Of a stretch of DNA of 64,000 bases, positions 1-11,521 are shown in pieces. The translations under genes were made by a program, and so were the position numbers. A model generated the notes under the pieces. The model saw only the letters and a list, made by a program, of their open reading frames with translations, searched no databases and had not been told where the DNA came from. Location of the stretch: positions 1,536,001 to 1,600,000 of the forward strand of contig CAWFFN010000005.1 in assembly GCA_963815115.1 (NCBI GenBank), read 5' to 3'. This DNA is from an uncultured delta proteobacterium. GTDB taxonomy: Bacteria; Desulfobacterota; Binatia; DP-6. Each line of letters starts with the position of its first letter. Positions within the stretch are counted from its first letter, which is position 1.

Positions 1-200
1 CGTGCTTCATCTCAGACTCCCTTGTGCTCGCCGACGATCGGCGGCGTGAGGTCCCGTTTCGCGAGCGCTGACCCGGAAAGGATGCTATCCGACGCCTCCC
101 GGCGCTCCAAGGTCCGGAATCGGTGACCGCTGCGGGCGCGCACGGCCGCGGGGGTGCTTTGCCCACGTGGTGGCAGGCGTGCTATCCGCCGCCGCCGGTC

Positions 201-1613
<1,413 letters not shown>

Positions 1614-1646
1614 GCAGCGAAGCCGGGGAGAGCCGCGCCTCGGCGC

Positions 1647-2267
1647 TCAGATGCCGTGGCCGGCGCAGGTGTCGCCGTCGTCGTCGCTGTCGGTGCCGTC
1701 GGGGCAGATCGTCTTCCTGAAGATGGCCGAGCTGAAGCCGGAGGTCGTGATCGTGGCGCCCAGCAGGCTCGCCTTCGTGAGGTTGGCGCCATTCAAGCCC
1801 GAGACCGAGATCGTGGCGTTCGAGAGAAGCGCGCGCGTCAGGTTGGCGCCGTTCAAGCCCGTCACCGAGAGCCGCGCGCCGCGAAGGTCGGCGCGGGTCA
1901 GATTCGAGTCGTTCAGGCCGGTCACCGAGATCCGTGCGCCCTGGAGATCGGCGCGCGTCAGGTCGGCGTCGTTCAACGCTGTGCTGTCGAGCGAAACGCC
2001 GGCCAGCTTCGCCCGGGCGAGATTCGCGGTGTTGAGGTCGGCGTCGTCCAGGATCGCTCCGGTCAGGTCGGCGCGGCGCAGATCCGCGCCCTCGAGCATG
2101 GCGCCCGACAGGTCGCAGCCGGCGAGGTTCGCCTTCTTCATCTGGCGGACGCCGCCAGGCCCGAGCGGGTAGCTCGTCACGTCGCAGTTGGGGAGGGTGC
2201 TCGCCTGGCCGGCCACGGGCGGCAGCAGGAGCGCGGCGACGAGCGCAACCAGGGTTCCGATCTGCAT
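1647..2267 (-). CDS. Secreted pentapeptide-repeat protein
   Basis: Signal peptide MQIGTLVALVAALLLPPVAGQA; A(D/N)Lxx repeats arranged as 20-aa units; C-terminal TICPDG...TC; GAGGAG RBS upstream. Confidence 0.9.
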   Translation of the reverse strand: MQIGTLVALVAALLLPPVAGQASTLPNCDVTSYPLGPGGVRQMKKANLAGCDLSGAMLEGADLRRADLTGAILDDADLNTANLARAKLAGVSLDSTALNDADLTRADLQGARISVTGLNDSNLTRADLRGARLSVTGLNGANLTRALLSNATISVSGLNGANLTKASLLGATITTSGFSSAIFRKTICPDGTDSDDDGDTCAGHGI

Positions 2268-2340
2268 GGTGTCTCTCCTCATCGAGTGGTTTCGTGCATC
2301 GGCCGGCATCTGCCGAGTCGCGGACGGTCCTGCCCCGAGG

Positions 2341-2370
2341 GCGCTACCTTCGGGGTAGCGGGCCGCTACC
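2341..2370 (-). promoter_or_regulatory. Palindromic operator-like motif, copy A
   Basis: Minus strand reads GGTAGCGGCCCGCTACC-CCGAA-GGTAGCGC, 73 nt upstream of the pentapeptide gene; recurs at 14435, 58534 and 61333. Confidence 0.7.
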
Positions 2371-2518
2371 TCCGCTCATCGCGCCAGCGGAGGTGGAATC
2401 GACAGCTCCACGCAAGCTCGGTACGGGGTTGCAGGGCCGCGTCCGAGGTAGCAGCCTACCACTGTACGGATGCGTGCTGGACGGAACCGCAACCCCGGAG
2501 GATCGAGGGAGAACCGCA

Positions 2519-3436
2519 ATGCTGACGAACCCGAAGGAGTACCTCGCCCGCGCTCGCCGTGAGGGCTGGGCCCTGGGTGGCTTCAACGCCTTCAACCTGG
2601 AGTCGGCGCGCGCCGTGATCGCGGCCGGCGCCGCCGAGAAGGCGCCGCTGCTCGTCCAGACGTCGGAGGGCGCGGTCAAGCACATGGGACTCCAGAACGC
2701 GGTCGTGATCGTGCGGACGCTCGCCGATCAGAGCCCGTCGCCGGTGGCGTTGCATCTCGACCACGGCAAGAGCGAGGAGCTCGCGCGCGCCGCGGTCGAC
2801 GCCGGATACACCTCGGTGATGATCGACGCCTCCCGGCAGACCTACGACGAGAACATGCGCGAGACGGCGCACATCGTCGAGTACGCGCACGCGCACGGCG
2901 TGCACGTGGAAGCCGAGCTCGGGACGCTGGGCGGCATCGAGGACCTCGGCGAGACGGCGGCGCGCTCGATGCTGACCGACCCCGAGCAAGCGGTGCGCTT
3001 CGCGCGGGAGACCGCCGTCGACGCGCTCGCGATCGCGATCGGGACCTCGCACGGCGCGTACAAGTTCAAGGGCGTGCCCCATCTCGACCTCGAGCGGCTC
3101 AAGGAGATTGCGGGCCGCATCCCGCAGCCCATCGTCCTGCACGGCGCGTCGTCGATGCCGCAGGAGGCGATCGCGCTTGCCGAGCGCTACGGCGCGCGGC
3201 TGCCCCACGCGCAGGGCATCCCGCCGGAGCTCATCCGGGAGGCGGTCGCTCTCGGTGTGGCCAAGGTCAATACCGACTCCGACCTTCGCCTGGCGGCGCT
3301 CGGACGCCTGCGCCAGGTGCTGGTCGAGCGCCCCGACATATTCAACCTCTACGAGCTGATGGGCGAAGTCGAAGCGGCCATCCGCGACGAGACGGTCCTG
3401 CGCATTCGCATGCTGGGTAGCGACGGGAAGGCGTGA
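2519..3436 (+). CDS. fba: Class II fructose-bisphosphate aldolase
   Basis: Motifs ALHLDHG, SVMIDAS, VEAELG, IGTSHGAYK, VLHGAS, KVNTDSD. Confidence 0.92.
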   Translation: MLTNPKEYLARARREGWALGGFNAFNLESARAVIAAGAAEKAPLLVQTSEGAVKHMGLQNAVVIVRTLADQSPSPVALHLDHGKSEELARAAVDAGYTSVMIDASRQTYDENMRETAHIVEYAHAHGVHVEAELGTLGGIEDLGETAARSMLTDPEQAVRFARETAVDALAIAIGTSHGAYKFKGVPHLDLERLKEIAGRIPQPIVLHGASSMPQEAIALAERYGARLPHAQGIPPELIREAVALGVAKVNTDSDLRLAALGRLRQVLVERPDIFNLYELMGEVEAAIRDETVLRIRMLGSDGKA

Positions 3437-3449
3437 GGCCGGGAGAAGG

Positions 3450-4031
3450 CTACCCCGACGCACGCACGCGCGACGCGATGCGGCGGTCGGGCACGATCCA
3501 CATGATCGCGATCAGTACGTAGAGCAGCTCGGCGAGCCGGGGCGACACGAACGCGAGGGCGATCGCCGCGACGTAGCCGGCAAGTGACAGGATGCCCTTG
3601 CGATCCCTGCCGACCGCTTCGGCCAGCATCGAGCGCGGACCGTTCTCTCGCACCATCTGTCGCTCCATCACGACGTAGGCGACGCCGGCCATCAGGAGGA
3701 CGACCCCGTAGAGCGCGACGGGGAGGGACGCGTCGCGGTGGTCGCCCGCCCAGGCGGTCACGAAGGGAACGAGCGAGAGCCAGAACAGCAGATGCAGGTT
3801 GGCCCACATGATGGCGCCGTTGATGCGCTCGCACGCGTGCAGCAGGTGGTGATGGTTGTTCCAGTAGATGCCGACGTAGACGAAGCTCAGGACGTAGCTC
3901 GCGAGCACGGGGAGCAGCTCGCGGAGTGCGGCGAGGTCGGCGCTCTGCGGCACCTTCAGCCCGAGCACCATGATGGTGATGATGATGGCGATCACGCCGT
4001 CGCTGAACGCTTCCAGCCGTCCGGTTCCCAT
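3450..4031 (-). CDS. TMEM175-family membrane protein (putative K+ channel)
   Basis: N-terminal RLEAFSDGVIAIIITIMVL signature, YWNNHHH, about 6 hydrophobic segments. Confidence 0.92.
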   Translation of the reverse strand: MGTGRLEAFSDGVIAIIITIMVLGLKVPQSADLAALRELLPVLASYVLSFVYVGIYWNNHHHLLHACERINGAIMWANLHLLFWLSLVPFVTAWAGDHRDASLPVALYGVVLLMAGVAYVVMERQMVRENGPRSMLAEAVGRDRKGILSLAGYVAAIALAFVSPRLAELLYVLIAIMWIVPDRRIASRVRASG

Positions 4032-4110
4032 GCCGTCACCCTACACGCGGCTGAAAAGCGGCGCTTTCCCGCTCATTCGGGCACTACTGGTCGTGAAGGG
4101 GCGGAATTAG

Positions 4111-4354
4111 CCCGGATTTCCCAGCGTGCGGCGCTTCTACGCGAGCTTCCGTTATCAGGCGCAGAGCCGGAGCCGGTCGCGCCGCGTCGTCGCGAAAGTG
4201 GGGTGTCACACCGGTGAGCTGTACCCGCGTGTCGGCTTCATCGTGACGGACCTGCGTCGCCCGGCCAAGAAGGTCGTCACCTTCTCCGATGGGCACGGGC
4301 CGGCCGAACAGTGGATCAAGGAGGGGAACGCCGTCAAGTGGATGCGGCTGTCGT
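4111..4354 (+). mobile_element. IS1380-family remnant: left IR joined to an internal transposase fragment
   Basis: CCCGGATTTCCCAG matches the IRL at 25757, followed directly by sequence matching the intact transposase at ~26697-26928 (RRFYASFRYQAQS...AEQWIKEG). Confidence 0.88.
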
Positions 4355-4570
4355 ACAGACCTTCCCCGCGAACGGCTTCCCTGCGTCGTGGGAAGACAGC
4401 TTGCCTTTAAGGCTACAAGAGCGCTAGTGTCCAGGCTCGGAGGTGCGGATTGGCCCCGTTCATCTGCCCACCATGATCCGCCCATCGAACTTGTCGTTCG
4501 AGCGAGCGCCGGCCCTCGCCCGGGCGTGTAGACCGGCGTCCGTCGGCAGCCACCGGGAGGGCGTCAGCTG

Positions 4571-5179
4571 ATGTCCATCAAACCGCGAACATGGGGGATG
4601 GTCGGGGGCGGAGGACTCGTTGTGAGCATCATCGTCGTGGCGGCTATCTATGCCTGGCGGACATCAGTGCCTTCCTGGCCGGTCTACGCGCAGAACGAAG
4701 GGTACAGGTATTGCGCTCGACTCGGAGACCTCGCTCAAAAGCGGTCGGTGCTCCACACTACATTGGCGTCGCTCGCAGCGCTGCTCGGCCTGTGCGCGGT
4801 GATCGGCGGCAATCTGTGGGAACCTCCCAGCCCATCGGATGCTGGACGGCGGTGGGTGCGAAATCCGGGGCTCTTGCTGCTGAACCTCGGCCTGCTCCTG
4901 CTGGTGGTGTCACACTATGAATACTCGCGGGCGGACGCTGCCTCGTTGGCCGCGGCGGCGGCGGCGACGGCGCAGGCAGATGCCGCTCGTCCCCGCGCGC
5001 CGACGACTCCACCGACGCCGCCTGATGCGCAGGACCGCGAGGCCTACGTGACCTGTGCGATGGCTCGCGCGGCGTGGCTCAAGTCCCGCGTCGATTCGAG
5101 CGCGCTGATTCAATCCGACATCTCGAACCGCTGGAGTGAACCCTCCGAGACGAAACCCAACGGAACGCGACAGAACTAG
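4571..5179 (+). CDS. Hypothetical membrane protein (about 3 TM segments)
   Basis: 202-aa ORF with three hydrophobic stretches and an Ala/Pro linker; family not recognised. Confidence 0.65.
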   Translation: MSIKPRTWGMVGGGGLVVSIIVVAAIYAWRTSVPSWPVYAQNEGYRYCARLGDLAQKRSVLHTTLASLAALLGLCAVIGGNLWEPPSPSDAGRRWVRNPGLLLLNLGLLLLVVSHYEYSRADAASLAAAAAATAQADAARPRAPTTPPTPPDAQDREAYVTCAMARAAWLKSRVDSSALIQSDISNRWSEPSETKPNGTRQN

Positions 5180-5384
5180 GATCCACGCCAGGGCGGACGC
5201 GCGCGCCTCTGCCCATGCCCGGAGCGTTTGGGACGCGCCGCGGGGCGGGCGCGCAGGTCCTCGGCCGCTTGCTCGTACATCACGACCACCAGCGCGCGCT
5301 CGCCCCCGCCTTGCGCTGTGCGCGAGCCGAATCTAGACCAGGCCGCGGCGCCGTTCGAGCCGGGAGGTGATAGGGTGCGGTGCC

Positions 5385-6458
5385 ATGCGAGCGAACGTCT
5401 ACCGCGTGCACGGCATGATGCAGTCCTACTTCACCCGGAAGATGGCCGGGTACCTCGACTACAAGGGCATCCCCTGGCTGTTTCGTCGTTTTCCTGGTGC
5501 GAGTCCCGAAGCGATGGCGGCGGGCTTCCCGGGCGGTATGCCGGTCGTCGAGACGCCCAGCGGCGACTTCATGTGGGATTCGACGTCCATGATCCATCAT
5601 CTCGAGCTCCGTTTCCCCGAGCCGGCTGTCCTGCCGCCCGACCCGGTGCAACGCTTCGTCTGCTACGTGCTCGAGGATGCGGCCGACGAATGGCTGTATC
5701 GGCCGGCCGTCGGAACCCGCTGGCATTTTCCGGAGAATGCCGCGGTCGGTGGCTTCGAGCTCGCACGGGACATGACGGTCCGGATGCCCATGTCGTGCGA
5801 TCAGGCCCACGCCGCCGTCGGAGCGCACGTGCTGAGCAGCTGCGCGCCGCTCGGTGCCAGCGCGGACACGATCCAGGGCTGGGTCGACGACGTCCTCCGG
5901 CCGTGGATGCGGGTCCTCGGTGCCCACCTCGCTCGCCGGCCCTACCTGCTCGGGGACCGTCCGTCGCTCGCCGACTTCGCGCTCTTCGGCGGCAATGCGG
6001 CGCACTTCGTCAACGATCCCCTCTGCCGGCGGTGGGTGGACGAGGATGGCCCGGCGGTCGTGCAGCACACGCACCGGCTGCTGGAGCCGGAGGACCAGGA
6101 GTTCGGTGGGTGGGATGATCCGGCCGACGTGCCCGAGACCTTGACCGCGGTGCTCGCCGAGCTCGGCAAGCGCTACCTCCCGTGGGTCAACCGCGCGTGC
6201 GCCGACGGGACGGCCGACCTCGTCTTCGAGAACGGAACGCGGATCGCCGTCGGCGCGACGGAGTTCCTGCGCGACGCGCGTGCGACGCTCCTCGCCCGCT
6301 ACGTGGACTGCCGCGGCGCGCGGCTCGACGAGGTCCTCGACCGGGCGGGGATCCTGCGGTACTTCGCGGACCACGTCGCGCTCGCCGGGTCGATTCCTGA
6401 CGTTCGCGAGCCACCGCGGCCGGCGCGGAACCGCCCGTTCCCGCCGGCCGGACAGTGA
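5385..6458 (+). CDS. Glutathione S-transferase family protein
   Basis: SYFTRKM, MPVV, WDSTSMI, PYLLGDRPSLADFAL. Confidence 0.88.
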   Translation: MRANVYRVHGMMQSYFTRKMAGYLDYKGIPWLFRRFPGASPEAMAAGFPGGMPVVETPSGDFMWDSTSMIHHLELRFPEPAVLPPDPVQRFVCYVLEDAADEWLYRPAVGTRWHFPENAAVGGFELARDMTVRMPMSCDQAHAAVGAHVLSSCAPLGASADTIQGWVDDVLRPWMRVLGAHLARRPYLLGDRPSLADFALFGGNAAHFVNDPLCRRWVDEDGPAVVQHTHRLLEPEDQEFGGWDDPADVPETLTAVLAELGKRYLPWVNRACADGTADLVFENGTRIAVGATEFLRDARATLLARYVDCRGARLDEVLDRAGILRYFADHVALAGSIPDVREPPRPARNRPFPPAGQ

Positions 6459-6563
6459 GGCGTCATGCCGCGACGCTGGGGGATCACCGGGACCGGCTTG
6501 AAGCAGCAGGCGAGAACGTTCTATGGCAATCGCCTACGCGCCTCGAAAAAGGAGGGACCGGGC

Positions 6564-6932
6564 ATGACTCGGATCGGCGTCGGAGTCGTGATGCTGGCCA
6601 CATCGCTGGGGGTAGCTGGGTGCGCCACCTACAATCCGGCGACGGGAACGTACCAGACCGACCCGGTCGGCACCTCGCTGGTGGCCGGCGGTCTCGGCCT
6701 GGCCGGCGGGGTGGCCCTGGGTGCGGCGCTTTCCGACCACGACGATTGCTGCTGGGGAGGCGGGGGGAACACCTACGTCAACAACAACTACCACCGCACC
6801 AACAACTACAACTACAACAAGAACGTCAACCGGAACGTGAACCGGAACGCCTACCGCGGGAACGCCGGGGGTCGGGGCGGTCGTGGAGGCTACGGCGGCG
6901 GACGAGGCGGCGGTCGCGGCCGACGGCATTGA
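6564..6932 (+). CDS. Small lipoprotein with Asn/Tyr-rich and RGG low-complexity tail
   Basis: AAGGAGGG RBS; lipobox VAGC; glycine-zipper-like GGLGLAGGVALGAA; NNNY repeats; RGG tail. Confidence 0.75.
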   Translation: MTRIGVGVVMLATSLGVAGCATYNPATGTYQTDPVGTSLVAGGLGLAGGVALGAALSDHDDCCWGGGGNTYVNNNYHRTNNYNYNKNVNRNVNRNAYRGNAGGRGGRGGYGGGRGGGRGRRH

Positions 6933-6956
6933 GAGCGGGACGAGGAGGACGTCGGC

Positions 6957-7451
6957 ATGACATGGCCAATCCGTGCTCGATGCGTCGGGGTCGTCGTCGC
7001 GCTGCTCGTCTGGCAGGCGTCGTCGGCCAGCTCCCAGGAGAGAAATCGCGCGCTGGCTTCCCAACTCGATCCCGCCTGGCAGCGACTCGCCCAGAGCAAC
7101 GACCAGTTCCTCAGCAAGGACCAGGAGAGCCTGCTGCACGACCTCGCGTTCGCCGCCGCCGCGGCGGGGGGCTGTCCGGGATTCAGCCTCGATCGCGACA
7201 AGTTCGAGAAGGGCTTCGAGTCCTTCAAGACCGATGACTACATGAAGCTTCCGGCGGACCAGAAGCGGAAGCGCGAGTACCGGCTGATGATGAACTACGG
7301 GGCGGCGGTCGCGCTCTACACCGCGGAGGGGCTGCTGCATCCGAAGGAGGCGTGCAAGTTCGCGGAGGGCAGACGCGATCTCGGACCCGGCCGGTTCTGG
7401 GTCGCGCCGGTCAGCAGCGAACCTGCTCCGAAGCCGGGCACCGGTCGCTGA
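6957..7451 (+). CDS. Hypothetical exported protein
   Basis: GAGGAGG RBS; signal-peptide-like N-terminus; GC3-biased codons. Confidence 0.75.
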   Translation: MTWPIRARCVGVVVALLVWQASSASSQERNRALASQLDPAWQRLAQSNDQFLSKDQESLLHDLAFAAAAAGGCPGFSLDRDKFEKGFESFKTDDYMKLPADQKRKREYRLMMNYGAAVALYTAEGLLHPKEACKFAEGRRDLGPGRFWVAPVSSEPAPKPGTGR

Positions 7452-7482
7452 GCGGCAATCCCTTCGCATTTCCTGACGCGCG

Positions 7483-7516
7483 CGCGCCCCGGGGACGTGA
7501 CGATCCCCGGGGCGCG
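7483..7516. terminator. GC-rich hairpin between convergent genes
   Basis: 13-bp stem CGCGCCCCGGGGA/TCCCCGGGGCGCG with 8-nt loop; no U tract. Confidence 0.5.
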
Positions 7517-7547
7517 GCGAGATGGAACCGATCGAGCCGTGCGCCGC

Positions 7548-8624
7548 TCAGTTGCGTGCGGAGCAGCTCCCGATCTGGGCCGCGGTTCCGCTCAGCGCGC
7601 AGTTCAGGGTCGGCTGGGTCTCGGGCTCGTCGTCGAGCAGGGTGGCGCGCTCGACCGTGCAGGCGGCGCCGCTGACGGTGACCTTGCCGGTCTTGGGACC
7701 GCAGTTCTGCACCGAGGCGTCATCGAGCAGCACGCTGCCGGCCGCGACGAGGTCCACGTCCTCGCCCGCCTTGACGCTCGTCCCGCGCAGGTCGATGTCG
7801 CCCTGAGGCGCGTCGATCTGGACGTCGCCCTCGATCCCGGTGACGATCTCGGTCGGGGGCGGATCCTCGCACTCGCAGAAGGCCACCGCCTCCTCCGGGC
7901 TCGCGATCGTCACCGGCAGCGGACAGTCGGGCCCGGGACAGAGCGCCAGGACGTCGTCCCGGCACACCAGGCCGGCGGCAGCCCGGCTCTGCGCCGCGAC
8001 GGGCCCGGCGACGGTGATCTGGACGTCGCCGGTCGCGGAGGCGATGTCCACCCGGTCGATCGGCGAGCTGGTCGCGATGTGGGAGGAGCGGATGGTGACG
8101 GTCCCCTGCGCATCGACGTCGATGTCGTTCGAGGCCGTGGTCACGTCATCCAGCGTGATCGGACACGCGGTTCCCGTGCAGCGCAGGCGGAGCAGGCCAC
8201 CCGCCTGGAGGCCGCTGCCCCGCACGTCCATCGCCCCGGGGCTCTCCATCTCGACGTCCCCGTTGCGGTTCGCGCCGGTCACGTTCGAGCCGTCGATCCG
8301 GATGCTCCGGCCGTCGGGCCCGACGCCCAGGGCGAGGAGCTTGATCGCCGTTCCCTTTCCGGCGGCGGCGACCGAGCCACCCTCGTCGCCATCGACCGCG
8401 ATCGAGCGTGCCGTCACCTCGATCTTGCTCTGCCCGTTGAGCGGGAGCAGCGCGCACTGGATGACGAGATCGTCGCCCGGCAGGTTCACCACCGTCTTCT
8501 TGCCGACCAGCTTCACCGGCGACGCGGTGCAATCGGTCAGGTTGACGGTCGCGGCGGATGCGGCGGCGGCGCCCAGGCCGATCCCGAGAGCGACGGTGAA
8601 GGTCATGTACTTCGTTCGGATCAT
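7548..8624 (-). CDS. Secreted beta-strand-repeat (beta-helix-like) protein
   Basis: AAGGAGGG RBS; signal peptide ending ASA; repeated GD(V/I)x(I/L)...GxIxLxGS-type strands; paired Cys. Confidence 0.8.
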   Translation of the reverse strand: MIRTKYMTFTVALGIGLGAAAASAATVNLTDCTASPVKLVGKKTVVNLPGDDLVIQCALLPLNGQSKIEVTARSIAVDGDEGGSVAAAGKGTAIKLLALGVGPDGRSIRIDGSNVTGANRNGDVEMESPGAMDVRGSGLQAGGLLRLRCTGTACPITLDDVTTASNDIDVDAQGTVTIRSSHIATSSPIDRVDIASATGDVQITVAGPVAAQSRAAAGLVCRDDVLALCPGPDCPLPVTIASPEEAVAFCECEDPPPTEIVTGIEGDVQIDAPQGDIDLRGTSVKAGEDVDLVAAGSVLLDDASVQNCGPKTGKVTVSGAACTVERATLLDDEPETQPTLNCALSGTAAQIGSCSARN

Positions 8625-9037
8625 CTGTTTGCCCTCCTTTTTTTGCACCCGTCCTGGGGCGCACCCGACATACGCGCATCACTCGCGGCCGGTTCTTGCC
8701 TGCTCCGCTGACGTCGGCGGCACGACGGGCGCCGAGGGCGGGCCGCCCGCGCACGGCATCCGGGGGCGCCGCGCCTGTCAGGTGTGGCCCGATGGAGGCC
8801 GCGGCAGCGGGGCGGAGACGGCCGACGGGCTCAGGTCGCGCGGCCGAGGCGCTGATCCAGGCACGCGCGCGCCTTGCTCTTCTCTGCGCGCGAGCGGGTC
8901 GTTTGGATCACGGGGCACGTTGGGGGCCGACGAACGCGAAAGCACGCTTGCCAAGCGACTCTCCGGAGGACTATGGCCACCGGAAGGAAGAGCGTCTCGA
9001 CTATTGGGGAATTCGGCTCAGATCTGGAGGGGAAACC

Positions 9038-10633
9038 ATGAGCACGAATCACCGGAGATGGTATCGCTTCAGCGGAGTCGGGATCGGACTGATGGTGGTC
9101 TGCGCCGTGCTGACGGGCTCGACGGCGAGCGCGGCACCCAAGAGCAAGGTCGTCAACACGGACAACGGTCCGGTCAGAGGCATCGTGACGCCGACGATGC
9201 AGAAGTTCCTCGGCATCCCCTACGCCGCCGCCCCGGTCGGCGACCTTCGGTGGCGGCCGCCCCAGCCGCATGCGCGCTGGCACGGGCCGCTCGACGCGAG
9301 CGCGTTCGGAAACCATTGCCCGCAGCCGCCCTCGCCCTTCGGGCGCGCGAGCGTCACCGAGGATTGCCTGTTCCTGAACGTCTACACACCCCTCGGGATC
9401 AACCACGGCAAGCCCCATCGCCACCCGGTCATGGTGTGGATCCACGGGGGCGCGCTCTTCCTCGGGGAGAGCGACGACTACGACCCGACCAGACTCGTGG
9501 AAGCCGGCGACGTGATCGTGGTCTCGATCAACTATCGCCTCGGAGCTTTGGGGTTCCTCGCTCATCCGGCATTGAGCGCCGAATCCCCGGACCATGCGTC
9601 GGGAAACTACGGGCTCATGGACCAGCAGTTCGCGCTCCGGTGGGTGCGGCGGAACATCGCCGGCTTCGGCGGTGATCCCGCCAACGTGACCATCTTCGGT
9701 GAGTCCGCCGGCGGACTCAGCGTCCAGTCGCATCTCGCGTCTCCCACGGCAGCTGGGCTGTTCCGAAAGGCGATCGTGGAAAGCGGGGCCTACTCGCTGA
9801 CGCAGCCTCCGCTGGCGGCTGCCGAGGCCGGGGGCACCGCCTTCGCGACGCTGGTCGGCTGCAGCGACCAGACAGCCGCCTGCCTGCGTGCCGTGCCCGT
9901 CGAGACCTTCCTGGCCAACCAGGGTGGCGGCGGCTTCGTCCCCAACCTGGATGGCAGGCTGCTCCCCCAGTCGATCGGTGCAGCCTTCGCGAGCGGCCAG
10001 TTCAACCGGGTCCCGGTGATCGAAGGCTCGAACCACGACGAGTGGCGCCTCTTCGTGGCGTTGAACCAGGAGTTCGTCACCGGTCCGCTGACACCGGCGC
10101 AGTACCCGGGCGCCATCGCGTCGACGCTGGGCGTCCCGCCGGCGGTGGTGCCGTTGTTCGTCGCCGAGTACCCGCTCGCGAACTACCCGAGTCCGAGCGT
10201 CGCCCTGGGCGCGCTGGGCACCGACGGGATCTTCGCCTGCAACGCTCGCATCTCGGCCCAGCGCCTGTCCGCGCACGTACGGACGTTCGAATACGAGTTC
10301 AACGACGCCGACGCGCCACAGTTGTTCCTGCCACCGGTCAGCTTCCCGTACGGCGCCTACCACGCCGCCGAGATTCAGTATCTCTTCGGCCTGACCGCGG
10401 AGGTTCCGGCGCCGCCGCTGACCGCCGCTCAGGAGCAGCTCTCCGACGACATGGTCCGCTACTGGATTCAGTTCGCGCGAAGCGGCGATCCGAACTCGTT
10501 CCACACGCCATTCTGGCCGCGGTACGCGGCGGCCATCGACCGGGTTCAATCATTCGTGCCGCCGACGCCCGAGACGGAGACCGGGTTCAACGCCGATCAC
10601 AAGTGCGACTTCTGGGCTTCGCTCGGAGGGTAG
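9038..10633 (+). CDS. Secreted type-B carboxylesterase/lipase
   Basis: FLGIPYAAAP, EDCLFLNVY, WIHGG, GESAG nucleophile elbow, GAYHAAEI; signal peptide. Confidence 0.95.
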   Translation: MSTNHRRWYRFSGVGIGLMVVCAVLTGSTASAAPKSKVVNTDNGPVRGIVTPTMQKFLGIPYAAAPVGDLRWRPPQPHARWHGPLDASAFGNHCPQPPSPFGRASVTEDCLFLNVYTPLGINHGKPHRHPVMVWIHGGALFLGESDDYDPTRLVEAGDVIVVSINYRLGALGFLAHPALSAESPDHASGNYGLMDQQFALRWVRRNIAGFGGDPANVTIFGESAGGLSVQSHLASPTAAGLFRKAIVESGAYSLTQPPLAAAEAGGTAFATLVGCSDQTAACLRAVPVETFLANQGGGGFVPNLDGRLLPQSIGAAFASGQFNRVPVIEGSNHDEWRLFVALNQEFVTGPLTPAQYPGAIASTLGVPPAVVPLFVAEYPLANYPSPSVALGALGTDGIFACNARISAQRLSAHVRTFEYEFNDADAPQLFLPPVSFPYGAYHAAEIQYLFGLTAEVPAPPLTAAQEQLSDDMVRYWIQFARSGDPNSFHTPFWPRYAAAIDRVQSFVPPTPETETGFNADHKCDFWASLGG

Positions 10634-10655
10634 CGGTTCAGCGCGGCGCCCCGCA

Positions 10656-11521
10656 ATGAAGTCCAGCAGCCTGGGCCCAGGTCCCGGCGAGCCATATCTC
10701 CTGGGCGGCACGAGCGCCGAGCACGGGCGGCTGATTCGACAGGCTGCGATCTTCGATCCCTTCACCGAACGCTTGTTCCGTGATGCGGGGATCGGCCGGG
10801 GCAGCGCGTTCTGGACATCGGCTCCGGCGTCGGTGACGTGGCCATGCTGGTGGCCAGGCTGGTCGGCCCGAGGGGGGAGGTCGTGGGCGTCGAGCGCGAC
10901 GGAAGCACGCTGGCGAAGGCGCGATCCCGCGCCGCCGAGGCCGGATTCCACAACGTGAGGTTCATGGAATCCGACGTCGGCGACGTCGCGAGCGACCAGC
11001 CCTTCGATGCAGTCGTGGGGCGCCTCATCCTGGAGTTCCTGCCCGCGCCTGGTGCGGTCGTGCGCTCGCTCTCCGGCCTGGTGCGGCCCGGGGGTATCGT
11101 GGCCTTTCAGGGCGCGTGCTGGGGTCCCTTGCTCCAGCTGACGGCGCACCTGCCGTTGAGGGGCCAGTGCGCGTCGCTCATTCAGGCCTTCCGGCGCTCG
11201 GGGGTGAACATGGACATGGAGCTCGTTCTCTACCGGACGTTCCAGGCGGCGGGTCTGCCGGCGCCGAGCATGCGGATCGACGTCCCCGTCGGAGACGGCC
11301 CGGAGATCGCGAGCTGGGTGTACGATCTCTTTTGCAGCCTGCGACCGCGGATACCGCCGAACGACCTTGCCGGCAGTGTGCTCGGCGACGTGGAGTCGCT
11401 CGGGGCGAGACTGGAAGCCGAATTGGCCGGTACGACCACCTTCGGCGCGTGCATCGGGCTCGTCGGGGCCTGGTCCCGGAGGCCGGGGTCGACGGCATCC
11501 GCTGGCGGTGCCCCCCGATGA
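10656..11521 (+). CDS. Class I SAM-dependent methyltransferase (frameshift at ~10797, probably a sequencing error)
   Basis: YLLG...RLIRQA N-terminus continues in another frame as QRVLDIGSGVGDV; FDAVVGRLIL; one extra C in the CC at 10796-10797 restores the frame. Confidence 0.85.

Noticed and set aside
1740-2110. 60-nt periodic repeats suggesting a CRISPR or tandem array
   Set aside because: They are coding pentapeptide repeats (20-aa coils) without unique spacers
8630-8760. Possible c-di-GMP riboswitch upstream of a secreted protein
   Set aside because: Only a loose GGCAA..CCGGCCGCGAG resemblance; GCAAA/P2 elements not found; an Infernal search would be needed
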